A stretch of DNA of 27,441 nucleotides, filler included, from an uncultured virus (IMG/VR IMGVR_UViG_2049941000_000131) (4 parts of one record of this genome joined end to end with filler, not necessarily neighbours in it); one strand, 5' to 3'; numbered from the whole stretch's first letter, positions 1 to 7,779 are shown. The notes: generated by a model from the sequence alone, not told the origin. Numbers and translations are program-made.

Positions 1-235
1 CATCTGTGAATGACTTAACAATCATCAAGTAACCGCTTTCGGTTACAAGGGTTGTACCTCTGTTATTAATTTCGGATAGACGAATTTCGTCTTTCTGAAT
101 ATCGGAAGGCTTAACAATAAAGAAATCTTCACCTTCAATAAAATGTGTACGGTTTGCTTTAAAATTCCTGCTCGCTGTCCCCTCTGGTCTGCCGTGTGCT
201 AAATCAATGTCTTTGAAAGTTAATACTTTCTGCCC
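1..235 (-). CDS. ORF6N-domain antirepressor-like DNA-binding protein, internal fragment (variant copy)
   Basis: Manual translation GQKVLTFKDIDLAHGRPEGTASRNFKANRTHFIEGEDFFIVKPSDIQKDEIRLSEINNRGTTLVTESGYLMIVKSFTD; near-identical to 6283-6571 except the central segment; bounded by window start and N gap. Confidence 0.85.
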
Positions 236-245
236 NNNNNNNNNN

Positions 246-340
246 AATGATATCAATATCGATATCCGGCAGTGTAAAATCTATGTTGCTTTCCGTGAGC
301 TTGTCAAGCTCGGTGAAAATTGTTGCTGATTCTGTGTTCA
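246..340 (-). CDS. Phage hypothetical protein, 5' fragment
   Basis: Manual translation MNTESATIFTELDKLTESNIDFTLPDIDIDII; homologous to the + strand fragment starting at 5096 (MNDLFTELDKLTDSITDFTLPDIGIEI). Confidence 0.6.
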
Positions 341-655
341 TTAAATTTTGTTCCTTTCAAAAATGCCTAATTTCATTTCGTCTGTTACACCAAAATGAAA
401 TTTTTCTCTGTAATCCTCAAAGGATTTTTCGCCATTCTTAAGGCTATTGTAAATTTCAAGAGCTTCTTCTTTATTCTTAACGTTAATGTCAAGTCTAAAT
501 TTTTCACCTCTGTGAGTGTAACTGCCAAAATTAATTTGAGAAATGGGGTAAGCACCCACACAAAATTGTAGCCAAGGGGAGTCGTAATCTTCGCTCCAAT
601 CTTCAAGCTGTATCGCAACATTGTTAGGTGTAAAACCTTTTTCTGTGACCTTCAT
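341..655 (-). CDS. Phage early hypothetical protein (104 aa)
   Basis: Full ORF tightly packed in the minus-strand early operon. Confidence 0.75.
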   Translation of the reverse strand: MKVTEKGFTPNNVAIQLEDWSEDYDSPWLQFCVGAYPISQINFGSYTHRGEKFRLDINVKNKEEALEIYNSLKNGEKSFEDYREKFHFGVTDEMKLGIFERNKI

Positions 656-661
656 TGATAA

Positions 662-1021
662 TTATCGCTCCATTCTGTACTCAATCCTGTATTCGGGTGA
701 AAAATATATATCTTGAATTGCTTTTATGACCTCGTGCTGAGATACAATCCTGTGATTTCCGCATTTGCCAAAACATTTAAATTTACCGCATTTACTACAA
801 AAGCGGTACTTTGAAGATGTTCGGTAATACACCATAAAGGTACAATATTTGATTTTCTTGTATTCTATCGCATACCAGTATGCTCCCTCGGTTAGGCAGC
901 GATCCGGGTCAAATATGCTGTAATCTGTTATTACCGCACGCTCTCCGGGACGCATACTGTTCAGCAACCCGTCAATAACTATCCTGTGTTTAAGCTCGTC
1001 CTGAGCGTTTCTGTAACTCAT
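662..1021 (-). CDS. Phage hypothetical protein with Cys-rich motif (CSKCGKFKCFGKCGNH)
   Basis: ORF track 662..1045; ATG at 1021 (MSYRNAQ) follows an AAAGGGA RBS-like sequence; possible Zn-binding motif. Confidence 0.7.
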   Translation of the reverse strand: MSYRNAQDELKHRIVIDGLLNSMRPGERAVITDYSIFDPDRCLTEGAYWYAIEYKKIKYCTFMVYYRTSSKYRFCSKCGKFKCFGKCGNHRIVSQHEVIKAIQDIYFSPEYRIEYRMER

Positions 1022-1045
1022 TGAACTAATTCCCTTTCTATGCAA

Positions 1046-1312
1046 TTATATTAATTTTAACTGCCTTAGTTTTTTCAGCCTTTCTTCGTATTCCTCGATG
1101 TTCAGTCCCCACACCTTAAAAGCAATGCTTGTATTTACGGTACTGGGGTTCCAACTCGGGATCCCATTTGCCGCCATATACTCCTGAACTTTCTTTTTAT
1201 ACTCAGTCGCTGTGCGTCCCGAACATTCAAAGAAATCTTTAATGTCGCTGGAAGACAACTCAGGCTTACCATAATATGTGTAAACGACTTTTTCTGTGTC
1301 GGGTACTTTCAT
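1046..1312 (-). CDS. Small HTH-like phage protein (possible excisionase/regulator)
   Basis: 88 aa with HTH-like LSSSDIKDFFECSGRTATEYKKK; a variant start (MKLPDPE) appears at about 5298-5318. Confidence 0.6.
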   Translation of the reverse strand: MKVPDTEKVVYTYYGKPELSSSDIKDFFECSGRTATEYKKKVQEYMAANGIPSWNPSTVNTSIAFKVWGLNIEEYEERLKKLRQLKLI

Positions 1313-1315
1313 AGG

Positions 1316-1540
1316 CTATTCCTCCTCTTCGTCAGTCTGCCACTCCCACTCCTCGTAATCCGTAACAAGATTACAGCGGTCTATCTGCTCATACAGTGCA
1401 TTGTAACAGTGCTTTGCTGTTTCAAACTCTGTTGTGTTGTTCTTGGAGTTTCTTATAAGCTCCAGAAGCACATCCGCACTTGCTTTTACAGCTGTGAACA
1501 GGCTGTATTTCATCTCGTTGTAAAGCTCTTCGTAGTTCAT
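1316..1540 (-). CDS. Phage hypothetical protein (74 aa)
   Basis: ATGA overlap with the antirepressor stop; variant copy at 4042-4173. Confidence 0.8.
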   Translation of the reverse strand: MNYEELYNEMKYSLFTAVKASADVLLELIRNSKNNTTEFETAKHCYNALYEQIDRCNLVTDYEEWEWQTDEEEE

Positions 1541-1742
1541 TCTGCGTTCTCCTTTGGTATTAGTTTATTGATAAAGTACTGCTGACCTTTGCCGGTAACT
1601 TTCGGGGTTTTGCTTACCGTTGTGTGTCCGTCTGAATGTGCGACTGCTGTTTCCTTGATTTCAAACAGTCCCATTTCCATTGAACGCTGTGTCGGCATAT
1701 TCCTGTCACTGCCTGACTTGATTAAGTAACCGTTTTCTCTCA
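1537..1742 (-). pseudogene. Antirepressor KilAC/ANT C-terminal part, interrupted by an insertion
   Basis: LRENGYLIKSGSDRNMPTQRSMEMGLFEIKE...TPKVTGKGQQYFINK nearly identical to the 5322-6134 C-terminus; homology ends abruptly at 1742/1743. Confidence 0.8.
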
Positions 1743-1887
1743 GAGCCTGTTTAAAATCTGAGATATGCGGATTTTTGAGCATAATTTTTCTGATAACAAG
1801 GAAAAAGGACGCAGGAATACTTCTGTATGTGAAGTTTTTTTGACGCAGTTAGCAGGAAAATTTGCCAAAAAGACGTGTGTCGCTAAG
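1743..1887. mobile_element. End of a putative IS5-like element or MITE (GAGCCTGTTTAAAATCT...), truncated by gap
   Basis: Foreign sequence begins after TCA inside the antirepressor; GAG terminus with TNA target resembles IS5-family IS1031 group; internal imperfect inverted repeat 1783-1797/1848-1862. Confidence 0.55.
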
Positions 1888-1916
1888 NNNNNNNNNNAAT
1901 TATTTACCTCCACAAT

Positions 1917-2420
1917 TTAATCGTTTTTTATTTTAAAACCGAACGGAACGACACCGTTTACTATGTTCTTCCAATGTACTATAACTGGATCTGCGGCAGA
2001 TCCTTCTCCTGAATCTATTTCATCAAGTAGCCTTTTTGCTTCATTTTGTAAATCTTCCCAAGTCGATTGATCTATTGTTCTGTCTTCAAAGTAGCCTTTG
2101 TACTGCGGATAAAGCATATTGTCGTAGTTGATGATTCGGAGAGCTGTTTTATTATTTTTATACGCCCATTGACGCACAAAGTCCCACATGACAGCACCCG
2201 ATTGGAATCCCGTAATGCCTCCTTGATCTGAATTGTCAGCAGCCCAAGCCGCCGCCAACGCACAAGCCGAAATAGCGTGACAAATGGTTCCGTAATCGTG
2301 ACGATAGTCATTTAGTATGTGGTTCATAAACTCCGGCAAGGTTTCAAGTTTTTGTTCTCGTGCTTGCTCAAACCACTCTTTTTCTAAGTGCATTTCTTCC
2401 GTGATTGCCATTTTATCCAT
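1917..2420 (-). CDS. Phage hypothetical protein (167 aa; HDYGTICHA, GGITGFQ, LYPQY, HW..IV.G.VPFG motifs)
   Basis: Complete ORF with GGAGG RBS, overlapping the upstream gene's stop. Confidence 0.8.
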   Translation of the reverse strand: MDKMAITEEMHLEKEWFEQAREQKLETLPEFMNHILNDYRHDYGTICHAISACALAAAWAADNSDQGGITGFQSGAVMWDFVRQWAYKNNKTALRIINYDNMLYPQYKGYFEDRTIDQSTWEDLQNEAKRLLDEIDSGEGSAADPVIVHWKNIVNGVVPFGFKIKND

Positions 2421-3460
2421 CGTGATTACCTCCGATAATCTGAATATTATTGTCTATGATAAAGGCTTTAAGTGCCTTTAACTGCTCTTTCGTACCGTTC
2501 ACGGTAAAGGTCATTCGATAAAGCTTGACCTCTTCTTTTGGCGGTTTTTCTTCCACTACNNNNNNNNNNNNNNNNNNNNNNNNNNNNNNNNNNNNNNNNN
2601 NNNNNNNNNNNNNNNNNNNNNNNNNNNNNNNNNNNNNNNNNNNNNNNNNNNNNNNNNNNNNNNNNNNNNNNNNNNNNNNNNNNNNNNNNNNNNNNNNNNN
2701 NNNNNNNNNNNNNNNNNNNNNNNNNNNNNNNNNNNNNNNNNNNNNNNNNNNNNNNNNNNNNNNNNNNNNNNNNNNNNNNNNNNNNNNNNNNNNNNNNNNN
2801 NNNNNNNNNNNNNNNNNNNNNNNNNNNNNNNNNNNNNNNNNNNNNNNNNNNNNNNNNNNNNNNNNNNNNNNNNNNNNNNNNNNNNNNNNNNNNNNNNNNN
2901 NNNNNNNNNNNNNNNNNNNNNNNNNNNNNNNNNNNNNNNNNNNNNNNNNNNNNNNNNNNNNNNNNNNNNNNNNNNNNNNNNNNNNNNNNNNNNNNNNNNN
3001 NNNNNNNNNNNNNNNNNNNNNNNNNNNNNNNNNNNNNNNNNNNNNNNNNNNNNNNNNNNNNNNNNNNNNNNNNNNNNNNNNNNNNNNNNNNNNNNNNNNN
3101 NNNNNNNNNNNNNNNNNNNNNNNNNNNNNNNNNNNNNNNNNNNNNNNNNNNNNNNNNNNNNNNNNNNNNNNNNNNNNNNNNNNNNNNNNNNNNNNNNNNN
3201 NNNNNNNNNNNNNNNNNNNNNNNNNNNNNNNNNNNNNNNNNNNNNNNNNNNNNNNNNNNNNNNNNNNNNNNNNNNNNNNNNNNNNNNNNNNNNNNNNNNN
3301 NNNNNNNNCATACGAAGCTTTCAGCTCCTCTGCGAATTTCAACACGTTTTCACGCTTTGAAGCTTTCAAGCCGTCTTCTACGCTGTCAATTTTTGCTTTT
3401 AGCTCGGTATCTGCTTTTTTGAAAGGAACTGTAACACACTCTTTATAGACTTCGTTAAAA
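2413..3460 (-). CDS. DUF1351-like coiled-coil protein of the RecT module (gapped, partial)
   Basis: Fragments FNEVYKECVTVPFKKADTELKAKIDSVEDGLKASKRENV... and C-terminal YRMTFTVNGTKEQLKALKAFI; position downstream of RecT. Confidence 0.55.
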
Positions 3461-3470
3461 NNNNNNNNNN

Positions 3471-3500
3471 AGAACCTGTCGAGATGATGTTATAGTTCAT
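3471..3500 (-). CDS. MBL-fold metallo-hydrolase, N-terminal fragment
   Basis: MNYNIISTGS start overlapping the RecT stop, matching the typical 'I.TGS.GN' start of RecT-associated MBL-fold proteins; only 10 codons visible. Confidence 0.45.
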
Positions 3501-3941
3501 CAAAGTTTACCTCTTCGGGGTCGTTTGTTTCGGGTTCGGTATTGTCTTCCGGAACGTCTGCATTGTCATCAAAAAGATTTTCACTCTCAGGTATTTCTGC
3601 CGCAAAATTGCCTTTGTCGATTTTTATAACGCTGTTATCTGTTTCGATAGCCTGAGTCATATCAACAGACATTACGCCCCATTTTGATATTAACTGTCTG
3701 AGCATGGTTTTCTTAGCCATGGAGTCAAAATCTTTGTACCAAAATGAAGAATACNNNNNNNNNNATGCTTGTAATAGCCTGAACGCGCAGCCAGCTGAAT
3801 GTATCCTTTATAGCCTAAGATAAACTGTGCTTCTGTAGTGCCTTGTTTTCGGTTGTTGAATGGTACAAGGTAGTAATGTCCTAGTTGTGGAGAATGAGCC
3901 AAATTAAGGCTCTCAGCCAAAAGTGAACCGCTTAAAATTGT
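3490..3941 (-). CDS. recT: RecT-family single-strand annealing recombinase (gapped, partial)
   Basis: LNLAHSPQLGHYYLVPF, AQFILGYKGYIQLAARSG, FWYKDFDSMAKKTMLRQLISKWG and an acidic C-terminal tail. Confidence 0.9.
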
Positions 3942-4041
3942 NNNNNNNNNNNNNNNNNNNNNNNNNNNNNNNNNNNNNNNNNNNNTTAATTAATTAANNN
4001 NNNNNNNNNNNNNNNNNNNNNNNNNNNNNNNNNNNNNNNNN
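3942..4041. other. Artificial scaffold linker (N44-TTAATTAATTAA-N44)
   Basis: Exactly 100 bp, stop codons in all frames, identical at 8901-9000 and 13353-13452. Confidence 0.95.
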
Positions 4042-4173
4042 ATGCTTTGCTGTTTCAAATTCGGTCGTGTTACTCTTGGATTTTCTTATAAGTTCAAGAA
4101 GCACGTCTGCACTTGCTTTTACAGCTGTAAATAAGCTGTACTTCATTTCGTTATAAAGTGTTTCGTAATTCAT
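4042..4173 (-). CDS. Variant copy of the 1316-1540 hypothetical protein (5' part)
   Basis: MNYETLYNEMKYSLFTAVKASADVLLELIRKSKSNTTEFETAKH. Confidence 0.75.
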
Positions 4174-4616
4174 CCTGCGTTCTCCTTTTTTGGTTCGTTC
4201 TTAGGCAAAAACTTGTTGATAAAATACTGCTGACCTTTGCCGGTGACTTTCGGAGTTTTCTGCACCGTTGTATGTCCGTCCGAATGAGCAATTGCTGTTT
4301 CTTTGATTTCAAACAGTCCCATTTCCATAGAACGCTGTGTCGGCATATTCTTATCACTGCCGCCCTTGATCAAGTAGCCGTTTTCTCTCAGCCATTCAAA
4401 GAAGCGTTTTTGACCTGTTGCCACTCCGTTTTGTTTGAGTATCTTTGCAAGCTCACCAACAAGAATTGAAGTCTTTGCGGTTTCTACTGCTTCGGCAAAA
4501 ATTACTTTCGGCTTGTTCTCTTCGATTTTCAAACGCTGCTCTGCGTTCTTTTGTTCAAGAAGCTTCCTCTGCTCCTGCTCGTTCTTTAAAGCCGTTGCAA
4601 GTCTGATTAAGTAGTC
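4170..4616 (-). CDS. Antirepressor with KilAC/ANT domain, 3' part (variant copy)
   Basis: Near-identical to the 3' part of 5322-6134 except the C-terminal tail; 5' end lost in gap. Confidence 0.85.
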   Translation of the reverse strand, partial: DYLIRLATALKNEQEQRKLLEQKNAEQRLKIEENKPKVIFAEAVETAKTSILVGELAKILKQNGVATGQKRFFEWLRENGYLIKGGSDKNMPTQRSMEMGLFEIKETAIAHSDGHTTVQKTPKVTGKGQQYFINKFLPKNEPKKENAG

Positions 4617-4626
4617 NNNNNNNNNN

Positions 4627-4815
4627 TTGCCTTAACCGTGATTTTGGGTTTGGTAAGGTAAGGCTTGAAAAACTGATTGACAGCGTAAACAAGCTTATGA
4701 ACGAAGTACTTACAGACGAATGTTTTTGGGAACACCTCGACAGAGTAGTAATCGACGAACTGGGAATAGAATTCGAGCGTGAAGAAGTCAACGAAGACGG
4801 GGAGGTTCTCCAATG
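4627..4815 (+). CDS. Phage hypothetical protein, 3' fragment (duplicated at 4858-4971)
   Basis: Manual translation CLNRDFGFGKVRLEKLIDSVNKLMNEVLTDECFWEHLDRVVIDELGIEFEREEVNEDGEVLQ*; ATGA-coupled to a next gene starting MSKPKRLPHIP; probably an inverted small contig. Confidence 0.6.
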
Positions 4816-4981
4816 AGCAAGCCTAAACGCCTGCCGCATATCCCCGGNNNNNNNNNNCTGCCTTAACCGTGATTTTGGGTTTGGCAAGGTAAGGCTTGAA
4901 AAACTGATTGACAGCGTAAATAAGCTTATGAACGAAGTACTTACAGACGAATGTTTTTGGGAACACCTCGANNNNNNNNNN

Positions 4982-5099
4982 GCACAAATACAGGATATGC
5001 CGAAAATGCGGCTATGAATACAATGTAAGCATATTTGACACAAGCGGACGGATTTATATCTGCCCGAAGTGCGAAAGGAAGAGGGGAAAAAACCAATGA
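4982..5099 (+). CDS. Small zinc-ribbon protein, 3' fragment
   Basis: HKYRICRKCGYEYNVSIFDTSGRIYICPKCERKRGKNQ* (CxxC...CxxC), ATGA-coupled to the next gene. Confidence 0.55.
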
Positions 5100-5211
5100 A
5101 CGATTTATTCACGGAGCTGGACAAGCTCACAGACAGTATCACAGATTTCACGCTGCCGGATATCGGTATTGAAATCAACAGCACCTCGGATTATGAGGTT
5201 GAGGAATTTAA
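5096..5211 (+). CDS. Phage hypothetical protein, 5' fragment (variant of 246-340)
   Basis: MNDLFTELDKLTDSITDFTLPDIGIEINSTSDYEVEEF. Confidence 0.55.
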
Positions 5212-5321
5212 NNNNNNNNNNGCGTTCTTCAAGCCTATTTATGTTTATCAACTCCTATCTGTTCGGAAATCCACCACGAAAGCGAGGNNNNNNNNNNTTC
5301 CGGGTCGGGTAGTTTCATAGG

Positions 5322-6134
5322 CTAGTCCTCCTTTGTTTCTTCTTTTTTCTCGTTTCCGATGAACTTGTTAATAAAGTACTGCTGCCCTTTGCCGGTGACT
5401 TTCGGAGTTTTCTGCACCGTTGTGTGCCCATCTGAGTGAGCAACTGCTGTTTCTTTGATTTCAAACAGCCCCATTTCCATTGAACGCTGTGTCGGCATAT
5501 TCTTATCACTGCCCGACTTGATTAAGTAACCGTTTTCTCTCAGCCATTCAAAGAAGCGTTTTTGACCTGTTGCCACTCCGTTTTGTTTGAGTATCTTTGC
5601 AAGCTCGCCGACAAGAATTGAAGTCTTTGCCGTTTCAACTGCGTTTGCAAATATTACTTTCGGCTTGTCCTCTTCGATTTTCAAACGCTGCTCTGCGTTC
5701 TTTTGTTCAAGAAGCTTTCTCTGCTCCTGCTCGTTCTTTAAAGCCGTTGCAAGTCTGATTAAGTAGTCGGGACTTAACAAAGCCTGTTCAAGTGTGTTGG
5801 CGGTCATGTATGCACCGTGCTTTCGGATTGAGGGAAGTACCTCAGATGTTACCCAACGCTTAAACTCCTTTGCTGTTGGGAGCTTGCTTGAAAGGATAAG
5901 ACTGTATAAGCCGCTCTCGTTGATAAGGGTCATTGTTTGTGTTCCGCCAAGGTCGCCCTGAATCGGGGCGTCCTTTTTATCTTCGGTATCAACGTGTGTT
6001 GCGATTGCGTTTCTTGCCTTTGCATATCCCAACACCTCAGCTACGTCTTTACCCACAAACCACGGTTCGTTGTTAATCATTACTGTTCGGATACTGCCGA
6101 ACTGCTCGTTCTCAAAAATTTTCAAATCATTCAT
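5322..6134 (-). CDS. Phage antirepressor, BRO-N + KilAC (ANT) domains
   Basis: N-terminal FENEQFGSIRTV...EPWFVGKDVA...INESGLYSLILSSKLPTAKEFKRWVTSEVLPSIRKHGAY (BRO-N); C-terminal KPKVIFA...ELAKILKQNG...TPKVTGKGQQYF (KilAC); AAGGAGG RBS. Confidence 0.95.
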   Translation of the reverse strand: MNDLKIFENEQFGSIRTVMINNEPWFVGKDVAEVLGYAKARNAIATHVDTEDKKDAPIQGDLGGTQTMTLINESGLYSLILSSKLPTAKEFKRWVTSEVLPSIRKHGAYMTANTLEQALLSPDYLIRLATALKNEQEQRKLLEQKNAEQRLKIEEDKPKVIFANAVETAKTSILVGELAKILKQNGVATGQKRFFEWLRENGYLIKSGSDKNMPTQRSMEMGLFEIKETAVAHSDGHTTVQKTPKVTGKGQQYFINKFIGNEKKEETKED

Positions 6135-6272
6135 CTGATTTTTCCTCCTTGTTCTTTTTCCATTCCTGAAATTCGTTGTCTAAGCCTGCTTCAATAATAA
6201 GTGCGTACAATGCAGTGAGGTAATATGCAAAAACATCATTTTTGCCTTTCCACGCATTGTAAGTTCTCTCAA
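6127..6272 (-). CDS. Phage hypothetical protein, 3' fragment
   Basis: Manual translation ERTYNAWKGKNDVFAYYLTALYALIIEAGLDNEFQEWKKNKEEKSDE*, overlapping the BRO start. Confidence 0.55.
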
Positions 6273-6282
6273 NNNNNNNNNN

Positions 6283-6571
6283 TGTCCGTGAATGACTTAA
6301 CAATCATTAAGTAACCGCTTTCGGTAACAAGGGTTATATCCTCTCTCGCTTTCGGAGAAATATTCATAATTTTGTGCGTACGAATTTCGTCTGCACAAAT
6401 CTTAAAGAAATCTTCTCCCTCAATAAAATGTTCCTTGTTTGCGTTGAAATTTCTTCTCGCTGTCCCCTCAGGTCTGCCGTGTGCTAAATCAATGTCTTTG
6501 AAAGTTAATACTTTCTGCCCGTTGTACTGCCTAATCTCGACAGTGCAATTGTTAACCGTAATGTTGTCCAT
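6283..6571 (-). CDS. ORF6N-domain antirepressor-like DNA-binding protein, 5' part
   Basis: YNGQKVLTFKDIDLAHGRPEGTARRNFNANKEHFIEGEDFF...LVTESGYLMIVKSFTD; AGGAGG RBS; 3' end in gap. Confidence 0.9.
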
Positions 6572-6586
6572 TATTTCTCCTCCTGA

Positions 6587-6766
6587 CTATGCTGTTTCCT
6601 TTGTCTGCTTGCCTGTGCTATTTTGAAAACGCTGGATATTTTGAAGCAGTGCAAAACACATATTCATCATAGCGTCAATCAATGCTTTGTCCGATGTTGA
6701 CAAATTATCGTAAAGCTCGGCAGCGTTCCTGATATCGGTACTCCTTGAATACTCTTTGTTCTTCAT
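6587..6766 (-). CDS. Small hypothetical protein (59 aa)
   Basis: Manual ORF MKNKEYSRSTDIRNAAELYDNLSTSDKALIDAMMNMCFALLQNIQRFQNSTGKQTKETA*; AAAGGAG RBS. Confidence 0.75.
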   Translation of the reverse strand: MKNKEYSRSTDIRNAAELYDNLSTSDKALIDAMMNMCFALLQNIQRFQNSTGKQTKETA

Positions 6767-6800
6767 AAAAATTGCTCCTTTCTTTGTTAACTTTTATGTC

Positions 6801-6863
6801 TACCACATTCACAAAATATTTACAATATCCTACATTGTTTTTATTATGTGAATGTGGTAAAAT
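6801..6863. promoter_or_regulatory. 13-bp inverted repeat overlapping a rightward sigma-A promoter
   Basis: TACCACATTCACA (6801-6813) and TGTGAATGTGGTA (6847-6859); + strand TTGTTT(6835-6840)-17 bp-TAAAAT(6858-6863) with extended TG. Confidence 0.55.
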
Positions 6864-6867
6864 ATTA

Positions 6868-7062
6868 CTATAACCCTAACAGATAGTCTGTTGTACATTT
6901 GAGAATTTCGGAAAGCTTAATCAACTTATCCGAGGGTATCGGCTTATTTTCGACTTCATATAGGTAGTAGCTCTTCTTACATACACCGATATAAGCTATT
7001 ACTTCATCTTGACTGAGGTTAAGCTCTCGTCTTCGTTCTTCCAGTCTGTTTATGTTTATCAA
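6868..7062 (-). CDS. XRE-family HTH regulator (Cro-like, 64 aa)
   Basis: RLEERRRELNLSQDEVIAYIGVCKKSYYLYE...IPSDKLIKLSEILKCTTDYLLG; variant 5' end at about 5222-5250. Confidence 0.9.
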   Translation of the reverse strand: MININRLEERRRELNLSQDEVIAYIGVCKKSYYLYEVENKPIPSDKLIKLSEILKCTTDYLLGL

Positions 7063-7109
7063 CTCCTATCTGTTCGGAAATCCACCACGAAAGCGAGGTG
7101 AATAAATTA

Positions 7110-7331
7110 ATGAAAAGATACTATGCTTGTTTGCTTGGTGAATGGGTCGATATTACTGATACTGGAACTGTAGCTAACAATCAAAATCCTGCAACTTATT
7201 TTGAAGAAAATTTAACATATGAAAAAGATTCAAATGTTGCAAAATGTTTTGAATTTGGTTACATAAACGTTCAATACAATGGTAAGAATTATCGAATTGA
7301 CCCGTCTTGTATTCAGATTGTGACTGAATAA
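7110..7331 (+). CDS. Small hypothetical protein, opposite orientation inside the early operon (moron-like)
   Basis: ORF track 7098..7331; GAGGTG RBS 9 nt before ATG 7110; same leader conserved in the variant fragment at 5250-5287. Confidence 0.7.
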   Translation: MKRYYACLLGEWVDITDTGTVANNQNPATYFEENLTYEKDSNVAKCFEFGYINVQYNGKNYRIDPSCIQIVTE

Positions 7332-7505
7332 TTACAGCAATTCCGACTTAATCATTCCCTTGAATTCCTCAGGGTCATCTACGGTTACGTGTGATGACTT
7401 TGAGGAATACTTTTTGTCGATCGCAACTCGAATCCTTGTCCATTCTGAGTACTCAATTCCTGCAACTGCTCGACATATCATGTCTATTCTTTCTTCTTTA
7501 TCCAT
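7332..7505 (-). CDS. Small hypothetical protein (57 aa)
   Basis: AAAGGAGGTG RBS before ATG 7505 (MDKEERIDMICRAV...). Confidence 0.75.
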   Translation of the reverse strand: MDKEERIDMICRAVAGIEYSEWTRIRVAIDKKYSSKSSHVTVDDPEEFKGMIKSELL

Positions 7506-7575
7506 CTTTCTCACCTCCTTTACAATTCCCCCGTCATGCCGTTAGGTCAGCGTTAATAATTTTGTCCTGTGCTTT

Positions 7576-7686
7576 TTAAAAAGTTTTCAAAGCAGCAATA
7601 ATGAACCAAATCAAACCGCCGACAACTGCACAAAGTCCAACTAGTTTAGCAAGTTCAAAACTCAGCTTAAAGATGTTCTTTCCCAC
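7576..7686 (-). CDS. 36-aa single-TM hydrophobic peptide (type I toxin-like)
   Basis: Manual ORF MGKNIFKLSFELAKLVGLCAVVGGLIWFIIAALKTF*; GGAGGTG RBS; GTG start. Confidence 0.7.
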   Translation of the reverse strand: MGKNIFKLSFELAKLVGLCAVVGGLIWFIIAALKTF

Positions 7687-7715
7687 TTGACACACCTCCA
7701 ACATTGTGGTATATT
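7687..7715 (+). promoter_or_regulatory. Near-consensus antisense sigma-A promoter
   Basis: TTGACA-17 bp-TATATT with extended TG, overlapping the RBS of the 36-aa peptide gene. Confidence 0.7.
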
Positions 7716-7779
7716 TATTCTAAACACTTTCCCTTGGGGGATTTTCGCCCCCTCGGTACTTGTGCTTTTGGTTTAGGCT

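Noticed and set aside
1743..1782. ORF-track N-terminus MLKNPHISDFKQA on the 81-aa antirepressor
   Set aside because: Derived from inserted foreign sequence; not a native start and no clear RBS.
4627..5287. Block of + strand early-gene fragments with a direct duplication, suggesting an invertible segment
   Set aside because: Tiny contigs between 10-N gaps, homologous to minus-strand genes elsewhere; no flanking inverted repeats or invertase; best explained as unoriented variant bubbles.
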